Shown: piece by piece, positions 9,172 through 17,851 of the stretch
How the letters are laid out: every line of letters begins with the position of its first letter
Position numbering within the stretch: the stretch's first letter is position 1
Translations under genes and position numbers: made by a program
DNA from: an uncultured bacterium
Lineage (GTDB): Bacteria > Auribacterota > JACPWU01
Reading direction: 5' to 3'
Assembly: GCA_964640155.1 (NCBI GenBank)
Contig: CAZXEQ010000001.1
Location: forward strand, 276,403 to 308,402
DNA length: 32,000 nt
The notes under the pieces: generated by a model
What the model saw: only the letters and a program-made list of their open reading frames with translations
What the model was told of the DNA's origin: nothing
Database searches by the model: none

Positions 9172-9250
9172 GTAGTTCGTAGTTCGCAATTCGTAAAAAC
9201 CTTTCATGAAAGGCCTTTTAACGAACTACTAAATACTAATTACGAATTAC
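9172..9250. repeat. Inverted pair of 7-nt-periodic arrays (GTARTTC units) around a central palindrome, located between convergent genes
   Basis: Left arm is GTAGTTC GTAGTTC GCAATTC GTAAAAA. The centre is CCTTTCATGAAAGG. The right arm read on the minus strand is GTAATTC GTAATTA GTATTTA GTAGTTC. GTAGTTCGT (9172-80) is the exact complement of ACGAACTAC (9221-29). Confidence 0.7.
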
Positions 9251-10496
9251 TGTACTTTATCATTGCAACTACTTCACAATGTTTTGTCTGCGGGAAAAGA
9301 TCAAAAGGTCTTATCTTCTTGACAGCATAGCCATGCTCGCTCAAAAAGCCGAGATCTCGAGCTAAAGTGGTGGGATTGCAAGACACATACACAAGCTTTG
9401 AAATTTTCAATTTCGCTAGAGCCTCGAGAACAAAAGGATCACACCCTGCTCTGGTAGGATCTATAATCGCACAGTCGGGCGTCTGCTTAAAGAATCTTTC
9501 AGGATGCTTTAATATTTTCTCCACACTTTTATTCCAAAACTCTACATTGCTCACTTGATTATTTTGAGCATTCATTTTTGCATAATCAATGGCATGAGAA
9601 TCTGCTTCAGCTCCCACGCAAAATTTGACTTTGGAGGCTAACAAAATGGCAAAAAGTCCTACTCCACAATAACCATCAAATAAGAACTCATTTCCTTTCA
9701 AATCTAAAAATCTTTCTACTGTTCGTACCATTTCTTCAACCACAGGCAAATTCACCTGAAAAAATGAAAGAGGATGAACTTTAAATTTTTTAGAGCACAC
9801 TTCTAAAGTCAAAGGGTCGTTTTCAGTAAAGGGCACTCGCCCATGTAAATTTAAAAAATAAGATTTTGCTCCATCTAAGGTATCCCAACACTTTACAACT
9901 TGTGCCCAACGTGGAATTTCCAACTCCCCTTTTCTATTTTTCTCTCTGATCTCATGAAACAGAGTATTAATATTCTCTGCACTGATCGGACAAGATTCAA
10001 TATCCAAAACCTTACGATTATCTTCATCCACAAAACCCATTTTTAATGTTTCTTGGCCATGAAAAATATGAAAATCCACGCGATTGCGATAATTAAATTC
10101 TTTTGGAGATCCAAAAATAGATTCCATTTCAAAATGCGAGAGGCGGCCGATTCTCTCTAAACTTTCTTTGACTTGGCTTTCTTTTAAACGAAGTTGATGA
10201 GAATATTCCACATGTTGATATTGACATCCTCCACATCGGCCATAGACAGAACAAATAGGTTGAACGCGATGAGGAGAGGCAATTAAAACTTCTTTAACTG
10301 CAGCTTTCAAAAAATTCTTCTTGATATGGGTAATTTCAGCAATAACCTTTTCCCCATCGAGCCCTCCTCTCACAAAAACCACAAGACCTGATAAATCTGC
10401 AGAAGGCGGATTAGCTAATCTCCCCACAGCCTCTCCTCCAAAAGCCACACGATCCAGCTGAACTTCGATTAAGTCACCTGCTTGATATGAAATCAT
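9240..10496 (-). CDS. TRAM-domain 23S rRNA (uracil-C5)-methyltransferase, RlmD/RumA family
   Basis: N-terminal TRAM domain, Fe-S Cys cluster (C..CGGCQYQH), SAM-MTase fold (DGYCGVGLF) and catalytic Cys region (YVSCNPTTLARD). Confidence 0.85.
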   Translation of the reverse strand: MISYQAGDLIEVQLDRVAFGGEAVGRLANPPSADLSGLVVFVRGGLDGEKVIAEITHIKKNFLKAAVKEVLIASPHRVQPICSVYGRCGGCQYQHVEYSHQLRLKESQVKESLERIGRLSHFEMESIFGSPKEFNYRNRVDFHIFHGQETLKMGFVDEDNRKVLDIESCPISAENINTLFHEIREKNRKGELEIPRWAQVVKCWDTLDGAKSYFLNLHGRVPFTENDPLTLEVCSKKFKVHPLSFFQVNLPVVEEMVRTVERFLDLKGNEFLFDGYCGVGLFAILLASKVKFCVGAEADSHAIDYAKMNAQNNQVSNVEFWNKSVEKILKHPERFFKQTPDCAIIDPTRAGCDPFVLEALAKLKISKLVYVSCNPTTLARDLGFLSEHGYAVKKIRPFDLFPQTKHCEVVAMIKYSNS

Positions 10497-10504
10497 TCAT
10501 CCTT

Positions 10505-11560
10505 TCAAAGATTTTCTTTTACAAATTTTCCTCTTAACTGTCCACAAGCCGCCTCAATATCCCTCCCCTTACTTCTACGGTAAGTCGCCACAACGCCTAA
10601 AGCCCTTAATTCATCTACAAAAGCATCCCCATGGTCGGATCTTTCAAGCCCGGTTCCTTCCACTTCATTATATTCAATGACATTGACGCTATGAGCAATC
10701 CCTTTTACCATCTGGGACAAAGACTGAGCATCGGAAAGAGCATCATTCACATCTTTTAACAAAAGGTATTCAAAAGTCACTCGACGACCTGTTTTGTCAG
10801 AATAAAGACGTAAAACATCCATTAATTCACTGACAGGATATTTTTGATTAATGGGCATAATCTGATCCCTAGATTCATCATGAGTACCATGAAGAGAAAT
10901 ACTCAATCTCACTTGATGAAGATCTTCTGTCACTTGAGTCCACTTCAATATACCAGGAACATATCCTGCAGTTGAAACGGTAATACGTCTTGCCCCAATC
11001 CCTAAGCCCCATGGAGCTTTTAAAATGGAAATACTTTTTACAAGATTTTCAAAATTAAGAAGGGGCTCTCCCATCCCCATAAAAACAATATGACTGGGTT
11101 TATCATCGCCTTTAAGATCTTGTTCAATGCTTAAAACTTGTCCAATAATTTCATGAACTTCTAAATTTCTTTTGAAACGAACTTGTCCACTTGCACAAAA
11201 CGTGCATTTCAAAGGGCATCCCACTTGAGTTGAAAGACAAATGGTTTTAAAACCCACTTGAGGCATCCAAACGGCTTCGACAAGTTCTCCATCACTCAAA
11301 CGAAAAAGATATTTCACGCTTTTATCATGATGAGAAAAAGCCTTCTCAACAACTTCAAGCGTAGAAACAGCAGCCTTTTCAGAAAGCACCTTTACAAGTG
11401 CTTGAGGCAAATTTTTCATTTGAGAAAAATCTTGAATCTTTTTCTGATAAATCCATTCTAAAACTTGTTTGGCTCGATAAGGCTCAAAACCCCAAGATTC
11501 ACACTGCTTTTGGAATTCTTCTAAAAGGAGATCTGTTAGAAATATCTTTTTCACAATCAA
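10505..11560 (-). CDS. rlmN: Radical SAM 23S rRNA/tRNA adenine-C2 methyltransferase RlmN
   Basis: YRAKQ...W, CPLKCTFCASG radical-SAM motif, MGMGEPL, C-terminal ..IEAACGQL. Confidence 0.92.
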   Translation of the reverse strand: MIVKKIFLTDLLLEEFQKQCESWGFEPYRAKQVLEWIYQKKIQDFSQMKNLPQALVKVLSEKAAVSTLEVVEKAFSHHDKSVKYLFRLSDGELVEAVWMPQVGFKTICLSTQVGCPLKCTFCASGQVRFKRNLEVHEIIGQVLSIEQDLKGDDKPSHIVFMGMGEPLLNFENLVKSISILKAPWGLGIGARRITVSTAGYVPGILKWTQVTEDLHQVRLSISLHGTHDESRDQIMPINQKYPVSELMDVLRLYSDKTGRRVTFEYLLLKDVNDALSDAQSLSQMVKGIAHSVNVIEYNEVEGTGLERSDHGDAFVDELRALGVVATYRRSKGRDIEAACGQLRGKFVKENL

Positions 11561-11934
11561 TCCTCTTGTCTTCCCTGTTCAATCAAAACACGAGCTAAAA
11601 CAAATTTTTTCGTCGAAGCCACATTAATCCACATCATATCTTCTTTTAGAACATATTCTTTCAAATTACCACTTAACCTCACTTTAAAAGCTTTTCCTTG
11701 AGAGTGAACTTGAATTTTTTTCCATCCTGTTAAACCAAACCAAGAAATTTCTAACGCCTTAAAAACAGCTTCTTTGATGGCCATGAGAATTGCTAAAGCC
11801 TTTGAAGAATTTTGACTTGAGTGTATAAAAACCATTTCTTGAGGACTTAAAAAACGACAAAGCTTTTGACCATAGGCTTCATATAATCCTTTCGCTCTTG
11901 AAACTTCAACAATATCTATCCCTATTTTCAGCAT
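11557..11934 (-). CDS. acpS: Holo-[acyl-carrier-protein] synthase
   Basis: The track ORF extends to 12006. The internal ATG at 11934 with GAGGG SD gives MLKIGIDIVEV, the canonical AcpS N-terminus, followed by ..KEA.FKA. Confidence 0.85.
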   Translation of the reverse strand: MLKIGIDIVEVSRAKGLYEAYGQKLCRFLSPQEMVFIHSSQNSSKALAILMAIKEAVFKALEISWFGLTGWKKIQVHSQGKAFKVRLSGNLKEYVLKEDMMWINVASTKKFVLARVLIEQGRQED

Positions 11935-12039
11935 GTTCTTTTTCCCTCGGCGAATAGCATAGCAGAACACAAGATCTTGTGCTATTCTGCATAAAAAATG
12001 AAGCATGAGACAAGAAGATTATAAACAAAATTAAGTGGT

Positions 12040-12109
12040 TTTCCTGTTTCCTGTTTCATGTTTCATGTTTCATGTTTCATGTTTCATGCCTCATGTTTCA
12101 TGATTGATG
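12040..12109 (+). repeat. Tandem heptanucleotide array, ten units of TTTCATG-like sequence, in the divergent acpS/mazG intergenic region
   Basis: Units in order: TTTCCTG x2, TTTCATG x5, CCTCATG, TTTCATG, ATTGATG. Contiguous, with no spacers. Confidence 0.9.
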
Positions 12110-12126
12110 GGATTAAGAACAAACTT

Positions 12127-12924
12127 ATGAAAAAAAGTAACAAGAAAAAAACCAAATCATCCTCTTTCGACCAATTGGTAGAAATCATGCGCATATTGCG
12201 AGGGCCCAAAGGCTGTCCGTGGGATAAAGAGCAAACCCTCAAAAGCCTCAAACCTTATATGGTTGAAGAATGCTATGAAGTTTGGGAAGCCATTGATAAC
12301 GGAAGTCCTTCCCAGATTAAAGAAGAACTTGGAGATCTTCTTTTTCAAGTGGTCTTTTGTGCCCAAATTGCCTGCGAAAACCTTGAATTTGATATTCAAG
12401 ATGTAGCAAAAACTGTTAAAGAAAAAATGACTCGCCGACATCCTCATGTTTTTGGAAAAACAAAAGTGAAAGATTCTGAGGAGGTCCTGTCAAACTGGGA
12501 ATTGATCAAAAAGAAAGAACGTTCTGAAAAAGCTTCTGTCCTGCAAGGCATTCCAAAACATCTTCCTGCTCTTTTGAAAGCTCATCGTACCCAAGCTAAA
12601 GCGTCTCGTGTCGGTTTTGACTGGAAAAAGACAGAAGAGATGATGGATAAACTTGAAGAAGAGTATGGTGAATTAAAAGAGGCCTATCGAGAAGGCAATA
12701 TCGAGCATATTGAAGAGGAAATGGGAGATTTGCTTTTCAGTGTTGTAAATGTTGCTCGAGGCTTAAAAATTAATCCCGAAGACGCTCTTCACAAAACCAT
12801 TCGTAAATTTACAAAACGTTTTCAGTATATTGAAAAGAAAATTGCAGATCGTGGGGAAAAACTCGAAGAAAAGTCCCTCGCAGAATTAGATAAGCTTTGG
12901 AATGAAGCAAAGAAAAAGTTGTAA
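12127..12924 (+). CDS. mazG: Nucleoside triphosphate pyrophosphohydrolase MazG
   Basis: LRGPKGCPWDKEQT..SL..Y..EE.YE and duplicated EE.GDLLF motifs (two MazG domains). The track start at 12058 lies inside the heptamer array; ATG 12127 (MKKSNKKK) is the more likely start. Confidence 0.9.
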   Translation: MKKSNKKKTKSSSFDQLVEIMRILRGPKGCPWDKEQTLKSLKPYMVEECYEVWEAIDNGSPSQIKEELGDLLFQVVFCAQIACENLEFDIQDVAKTVKEKMTRRHPHVFGKTKVKDSEEVLSNWELIKKKERSEKASVLQGIPKHLPALLKAHRTQAKASRVGFDWKKTEEMMDKLEEEYGELKEAYREGNIEHIEEEMGDLLFSVVNVARGLKINPEDALHKTIRKFTKRFQYIEKKIADRGEKLEEKSLAELDKLWNEAKKKL

Positions 12925-12957
12925 TTCGCAATGCGTTAAAAAGTTAAGACCTAACGA

Positions 12958-14784
12958 TCAATCCGCCCACTGATGTTGGCCACAATTCGCAAGAAATTCA
13001 TTGTATCTTCTTAGAATATCTTCTTCTCCATAGGTAGAAATAGAAGCTAGAAATCGATTGATATATTCTCTCACCGGCCGAGCCCTTGTTCTCCAGAAGG
13101 GAGTAAATGCGCTCAATTGACCTGAAATACTGGATTCCACAGCCACAATCCCAATGCTATAATCCGTACTTCCACTACTTTGTCTAGAGGAAATCAATGT
13201 CCTTAGAGGACAACTAATCATGCCATAGGGGCATAAAAGATATTGTTTTTCCCAATACAAAAGTTCATATCCCTGAGCCTCATCTGTCCAATAACCTCCA
13301 TAAGCCCCAAACTCTGAAGTATCCCAATGAATCAGAAAGGGATTTGCACTAAATTCTTCGCGCAAACGAATGGAAAAATCACTGGAAGCCGAATACCCAT
13401 AATTTGCTAATTCAGCTGGCGTCATCCAATGAGTTCTGAAAAAAAGTCGCTTTGCTTCCTCACCTGACAACCTTCTTCCTGTTTCATCCACTGGAGAAAA
13501 AGGATAATATCCATCAATAGAATAGATAATATCGCTATGATCGAGCATACGTGTTCCCGGCCTTATCCATCGAAATATCAATCCCTGATGTCCTGCAAAA
13601 TTACCAAGCCTTCCAGCAGCTCCAAAATTAAAAATATTTCTTACGGGAATATTAATACTTCGACATAAATCATAGAATAAATTAGAGACGGCAGGACAAC
13701 CTGTTGGTGCAAAAATTCCTCTGGAGATGCTTGTACTCCCATCACGCGCTGTAAAAGTTCTTGTCTCTTGTCTAAGACGATCCTTCAAGAAATTATGAGT
13801 CATATAATACTCAATCGTATTTTCAGGAGATAACGTGAAACCACTCCCATGCATGACATTTTGTGCAAACCAAAGGGTAAGATTTTCAAGAGTCTCTTCC
13901 TCAGTAGAGCCTAAAAGGTTCACATGTAGGCTAGAGTTTCTTCCAGTGATAAAGTTGTAGCCATCGCGAGGATCTCCTAAAAGTCCTATTCCTCTCGCAA
14001 ACGGATTATTTGCACGATGAGAAAGTTGAAAATCACGATGAGGGCGAATATGCTCGGGATAACCTACTAATCTATAATAATCTTCCCTCGAACGACCTTC
14101 TGAACTTCTATAGGCATCAACAATTCTACTGTGATAGCGATCAGAAGATAGAAGTTCAGCCAATTCATCTTCTGGGAGAGCAAAGATCGACCAAGAAAAA
14201 TGCCCCATCGCTTCATGCCAGAGAACACACGCACAATGAGCCAAATAGGTATCTAAAGCTTCATCCTCTGTTAAATACATAATAGGATTAAATGAAAGTC
14301 CTCCAGCAGCCCAAGTCTGTTGATTCATATTATTTCTAGGATTGGGTAAATGTATTCCAAGATTTGGATCTCTATTGAGCATTTTTTGAAAGAACTCGTT
14401 TAAACGGTCTTTCCATTCATGAGGCCAATAATCATAAGATAGATGTGCCCCTGTCGCTGTTTCCCAAATAATTTGACGACGAAGTTCAGGATGAGTGCAC
14501 AAACGTTCGTCTAAAGTTCCAACTGAAGAATAAAGAGTTAAACAACCTCCTTCTGTAGCTGGAACAATCACAGGACGTGCACCTTCTGGAGTTGCATCTG
14601 GCGGAGGAAAATAAATGGATTCTTGGGGTTTGATATTAAAAAGATCTGTCAACTTTTGAGGAGTTTGGTCATATGATTTATCTTTGTAATCCTGTCCTTC
14701 CAAGGAAGTTATCACAAAAAAACTAAATAGAATCAAAAGGGTATTGAGAGAAATACGAAGTGGACTGGTTGTAAAAGCCTTCAT
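12958..14784 (-). CDS. Secreted hypothetical protein with a possible transglutaminase-like Cys-His-Asp core
   Basis: 608 aa with signal peptide (LLILFSFFVITSLEG). TGCPAVSNLFYDLCRSINIPVR (Cys363), GHQGLIF (His399) and LDHSD (Asp415) have the spacing typical of transglutaminase-like cysteine protease folds. The rest is unrecognised. Confidence 0.6.
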   Translation of the reverse strand: MKAFTTSPLRISLNTLLILFSFFVITSLEGQDYKDKSYDQTPQKLTDLFNIKPQESIYFPPPDATPEGARPVIVPATEGGCLTLYSSVGTLDERLCTHPELRRQIIWETATGAHLSYDYWPHEWKDRLNEFFQKMLNRDPNLGIHLPNPRNNMNQQTWAAGGLSFNPIMYLTEDEALDTYLAHCACVLWHEAMGHFSWSIFALPEDELAELLSSDRYHSRIVDAYRSSEGRSREDYYRLVGYPEHIRPHRDFQLSHRANNPFARGIGLLGDPRDGYNFITGRNSSLHVNLLGSTEEETLENLTLWFAQNVMHGSGFTLSPENTIEYYMTHNFLKDRLRQETRTFTARDGSTSISRGIFAPTGCPAVSNLFYDLCRSINIPVRNIFNFGAAGRLGNFAGHQGLIFRWIRPGTRMLDHSDIIYSIDGYYPFSPVDETGRRLSGEEAKRLFFRTHWMTPAELANYGYSASSDFSIRLREEFSANPFLIHWDTSEFGAYGGYWTDEAQGYELLYWEKQYLLCPYGMISCPLRTLISSRQSSGSTDYSIGIVAVESSISGQLSAFTPFWRTRARPVREYINRFLASISTYGEEDILRRYNEFLANCGQHQWAD

Positions 14785-14811
14785 GTATACTTCCCTTCTT
14801 TGTCTGCAGAG

Positions 14812-14840
14812 GATATACCATGAGAATTGAGTCTTGTCAA
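14812..14840 (-). promoter_or_regulatory. Candidate sigma70-type promoter for the 12958-14784 gene
   Basis: On the minus strand: TTGACA (14840-35), 17-nt spacer, TATATC (14817-12), about 28 nt before the ATG. A C6 tract (G6 on +, 14845-50) sits just upstream of the -35. Confidence 0.4.
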
Positions 14841-14869
14841 ATGAGGGGGGATCTCGTACGAATCACTAC

Positions 14870-15757
14870 CTAGGATATTGCTTTTTGTAACGCTTCTTTC
14901 AACTCTGGATACTGAAATTTAAATCCAGCATTGAGCAATTTTTTCGGAACAACACGTGTACTTGACAAAAGCAAGGCATCTGCCATTTCCCCAAAAACAA
15001 GTTTAGCCATCAAAGCAGGTATTGGAAACACAGTCGGTCGATGAAGAATTTGCCCCAAAGTTTTTGTGAATTCAAAATTGGTCACAGGCTGTGGCGAAGC
15101 AGCATTAATAGCACCATGGAGGGGAGACGTTAAAAGATAAGAAACAATTTTTGGAATTTCTGACAAAGAGATCCAACTCATATATTGATGCCCATTTCCC
15201 AATTTTCCTCCTAATCCTAATTTAAAAGGCAGAAGCATTTTGGCTAAAGCACCCCCTGCCCCATCCAATACAATTCCAAATCGTAAATGAATCACTCGTG
15301 TTCTAAAAGACCGTAAATCATCAGAAGCCTTCTCCCAAGCCTGACACACTTCAGGCAAAAATCCCTCTCCAGGCAAACTCTGCTCCGTCAAAAGCTCGTC
15401 TCCTCGATCTCCATAAAACCCAATTGCTGAAGCACCAATAAAAGTTGAAGGAGGTTTGCTCAACTGACTTAAAAACTGGCATAGTCGCTCTGTTGAATTA
15501 ACACGACTTTCTCTAATTCTCTTTTTCTTTTCTTGAGTCCATCGTCCACTAGAAATATTTTCACCGGCCAAATGAATGAAAGCATCTAATCCATCAATGT
15601 CACCCTTTAGTTCTCCCGTTTCAATATCCCAAAAAATTTCGTTGTCATTGGCTACAGAACGACGCACCACATTAAAAATAAAATGACCCTCTTTTTTTAG
15701 AAAGTTGACCAATGGCGTTCCAATAAATCCATGAGAGCCTGAAATTATAATTTTCAT
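14870..15757 (-). CDS. TIGR01777/YfcH-like epimerase-family protein (atypical SDR with C-terminal DUF1731)
   Basis: MKIIISGSHGFIGTPL Rossmann motif, SAIGFYG, C-terminal ..P..L...GF.F.YP.L..AL. Confidence 0.8.
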   Translation of the reverse strand: MKIIISGSHGFIGTPLVNFLKKEGHFIFNVVRRSVANDNEIFWDIETGELKGDIDGLDAFIHLAGENISSGRWTQEKKKRIRESRVNSTERLCQFLSQLSKPPSTFIGASAIGFYGDRGDELLTEQSLPGEGFLPEVCQAWEKASDDLRSFRTRVIHLRFGIVLDGAGGALAKMLLPFKLGLGGKLGNGHQYMSWISLSEIPKIVSYLLTSPLHGAINAASPQPVTNFEFTKTLGQILHRPTVFPIPALMAKLVFGEMADALLLSSTRVVPKKLLNAGFKFQYPELKEALQKAIS

Positions 15758-16506
15758 GATAGCTGGCCTTTGTCCTTAAAAAGCTTTGTTAGCTCATGCT
15801 GCAAAATAGCGATTCCAGCAATGGCTGCAGTTTCAGAGCGCAAAACTAAAGATCCCAAATTCACAGCCTTCCACCCTTGACTTAAAGCCTGTTCCACTTC
15901 CTTTGGAGAGAAATCACCCTCCGGACCTATAGCCAAAATAATTTTATCTAAAGAAGAAACTCCTTTTACAACTTCATCCAATGTCTGACGATCAACACTC
16001 TCCAAAGTAGCTATTAATTTTAAATTAAAATTTTTAGAGATAGATAAGAATTCAGACCAGCTTTGAACAGCTAAAACATGAGGAATATCCAAACGTTGGG
16101 ATTGCTTCGAAGCCGATAAAGCAATTTTTTGCCATCGATCAATTCGATCAGTCTTCTTTACAACTCTCTCTGTACACAGAGGGTAAAACGTTTCAATACC
16201 AAGTTCTGTTCCTTTTTCGATAATCCAATCCATCTTTTGAGACTTAGGAATGGCCTGAGCAAGACTTAATTTCCAAGGCGTTGATATAGTAACTTTATCT
16301 TCTTCTAAAATAGACAGATACACTTTGTCTTTTTCAATTTGACTGACTTTGGCAACAAATTCTTTATCGTTTGTGAAAAGACAGACGGGATCATTCAAAC
16401 GAATTCTTAAAACATGAATTAAATGATGTGCTTCAGCGTCTTTGAGAATAACGGATTGTCCAACAGAAGTAATTCCTGAATAAAAGACTCTCGGTGGTCG
16501 TGACAT
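15754..16506 (-). CDS. rsmE: 16S rRNA (uracil1498-N3)-methyltransferase RsmE
   Basis: N-terminal PUA-like region (HH...VLR....) and C-terminal SPOUT knot (IGPEGDFS..E........LG..VLR.ETA). Overlaps the downstream gene by 4 nt. Confidence 0.88.
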   Translation of the reverse strand: MSRPPRVFYSGITSVGQSVILKDAEAHHLIHVLRIRLNDPVCLFTNDKEFVAKVSQIEKDKVYLSILEEDKVTISTPWKLSLAQAIPKSQKMDWIIEKGTELGIETFYPLCTERVVKKTDRIDRWQKIALSASKQSQRLDIPHVLAVQSWSEFLSISKNFNLKLIATLESVDRQTLDEVVKGVSSLDKIILAIGPEGDFSPKEVEQALSQGWKAVNLGSLVLRSETAAIAGIAILQHELTKLFKDKGQLS

Positions 16507-16547
16507 AAGTTTTAAATATGAAGCAGATTGGACTTTTTCATCAAACG

Positions 16548-17720
16548 TTAAATCTTAAAAAATCTCTTTACCTTATCTAGAAAAGCCTTATGCATCGGCA
16601 TAGCACCTTCCGAGTTTATCTCAGCAAAACGTTTCAAAAGATTTTTCTGCTCTTCTGCTAACTTAACAGGGATTTCAATTAAAATTTTTATCATCTGATC
16701 CCCTTTGCCATATCCTTGAAGATGTGGAAGACCCTTTCCCTTTAAACGAAAAGTCTTTCCTGTTTGTGTTCCACTTGGGATTTTGAGCATGGCTCTTCCT
16801 TCTAAAGTGGGAACTTCTACTTCTCCACCCAAAGCCGCAATATAAAAAGGAATTGGGACTTCACAAATCAAATCATTTCCATGCCGCTCAAAAAATTCAT
16901 CTTCTTCCACATGAATTAAAATATAGAGTGAACCCGGTTCACCGCCAACCATCCCCGCATTACCTTCCCCACTCATCTTTAAACGAGAACCTGTTTCAAC
17001 GCCTGCTGGAATTTTAATAGAAATTTTTCGGGGAGCTTTACTTCGTCCTTCACCACGACAGCGCTTACAGGGATGCGGCATCACTTGCCCTCGACCACGA
17101 CATCGGGGACACGTTTGACTCACCGTAAAAAATCCCTGATTACGACGTACTTGACCCTGTCCATGACATTGAGAACACTCTTCGCGACGAGACCCTGCTT
17201 CAATCCCTTCTCCTTTACATTCCTGACATTTTTCTAAATGTTCAAATTCTATCTCTTTTTTACAACCAAATGCAGCATCTCGCAAACTAATCGAAAGATC
17301 ATAGCGCAAGTCTTCTCCATCCAAATCCTGATCTCCTGCACGCTGTGAATGACTAAATCCAAAAATATCATCAAAAATACTGCCGCCTCGACCGCCCCGA
17401 CCCCCACCCCCAAACTCTCCCATAAAGGTACGAAGGGCTTCTTCTAAATCAATCCCAAAACCTCCTCCACCACCTGCACCACTACGTGCTCCAGCCCCTA
17501 CGCCTGCATGACCAAATTGATCATAACGAGCTTTTTTATCGGCATCACTTAGCACTTCATATGCTTCAGAAGCTTCTTTAAATTTTTCCTCAGCCGCTTT
17601 ATCTCCAGGATTGCGATCAGGATGATATTTCATCGCCAATTGACGATAAGCTTTTTTCATCTCATCGGCAGAAGCTGTTTTACTCACACCTAAAATTTCG
17701 TAATAATCTCTTTTTGCCAT
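16548..17720 (-). CDS. dnaJ: Molecular chaperone DnaJ (type I: J domain, G/F region, four CxxCxGxG zinc-finger repeats)
   Basis: DYYEILGV...HPDRN, Gly-rich linker, [32 protein letters not shown]. Confidence 0.97.
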   Translation of the reverse strand: MAKRDYYEILGVSKTASADEMKKAYRQLAMKYHPDRNPGDKAAEEKFKEASEAYEVLSDADKKARYDQFGHAGVGAGARSGAGGGGGFGIDLEEALRTFMGEFGGGGRGGRGGSIFDDIFGFSHSQRAGDQDLDGEDLRYDLSISLRDAAFGCKKEIEFEHLEKCQECKGEGIEAGSRREECSQCHGQGQVRRNQGFFTVSQTCPRCRGRGQVMPHPCKRCRGEGRSKAPRKISIKIPAGVETGSRLKMSGEGNAGMVGGEPGSLYILIHVEEDEFFERHGNDLICEVPIPFYIAALGGEVEVPTLEGRAMLKIPSGTQTGKTFRLKGKGLPHLQGYGKGDQMIKILIEIPVKLAEEQKNLLKRFAEINSEGAMPMHKAFLDKVKRFFKI

Positions 17721-17762
17721 AATAAATTTAATTCTCCATCCTCAACTTCACATCTAAAATGT

Positions 17763-17788
17763 ATTCACTCTCTTTGGGTTAAGTGAAT
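17763..17788. promoter_or_regulatory. Degenerate CIRCE-like inverted repeat upstream of dnaJ
   Basis: ATTCACT (17763-69), 12 nt, AGTGAAT (17782-88), 43-68 nt upstream of the dnaJ start. It shares only the CACTC/AGTG core with the CIRCE consensus TTAGCACTC-N9-GAGTGCTAA. Confidence 0.25.
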
Positions 17789-17851
17789 CACAATACACGA
17801 TACGCGATTTGTGATCAAGCCCCTATTAAATCAAAAACAAAGACCGTTTAC

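Noticed and set aside
11935-12006. N-terminal extension of the acpS ORF
   Set aside because: The conserved AcpS N-terminus MLKIGIDIVEV starts at the internal ATG (11934), which has a GAGGG SD. The extension has no support.
12040-12109. Heptamer arrays as CRISPR arrays
   Set aside because: The units are 7 nt long and contiguous with no spacers. No cas genes are nearby.
14212-14229. HEAMGH in the secreted orphan protein as a zinc-metalloprotease motif
   Set aside because: The spacing is HExxxH, not HExxH, and no downstream third ligand motif is evident.
14845-14850. G6/C6 homopolymer as a phase-variable promoter spacer
   Set aside because: It lies upstream of the predicted -35 rather than between -35 and -10, and it is short.
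17787-17815. CRP/FNR-type site
   Set aside because: The half-sites are in TCACA-N17-TGTGA order and spacing, not TGTGA-N6-TCACA.
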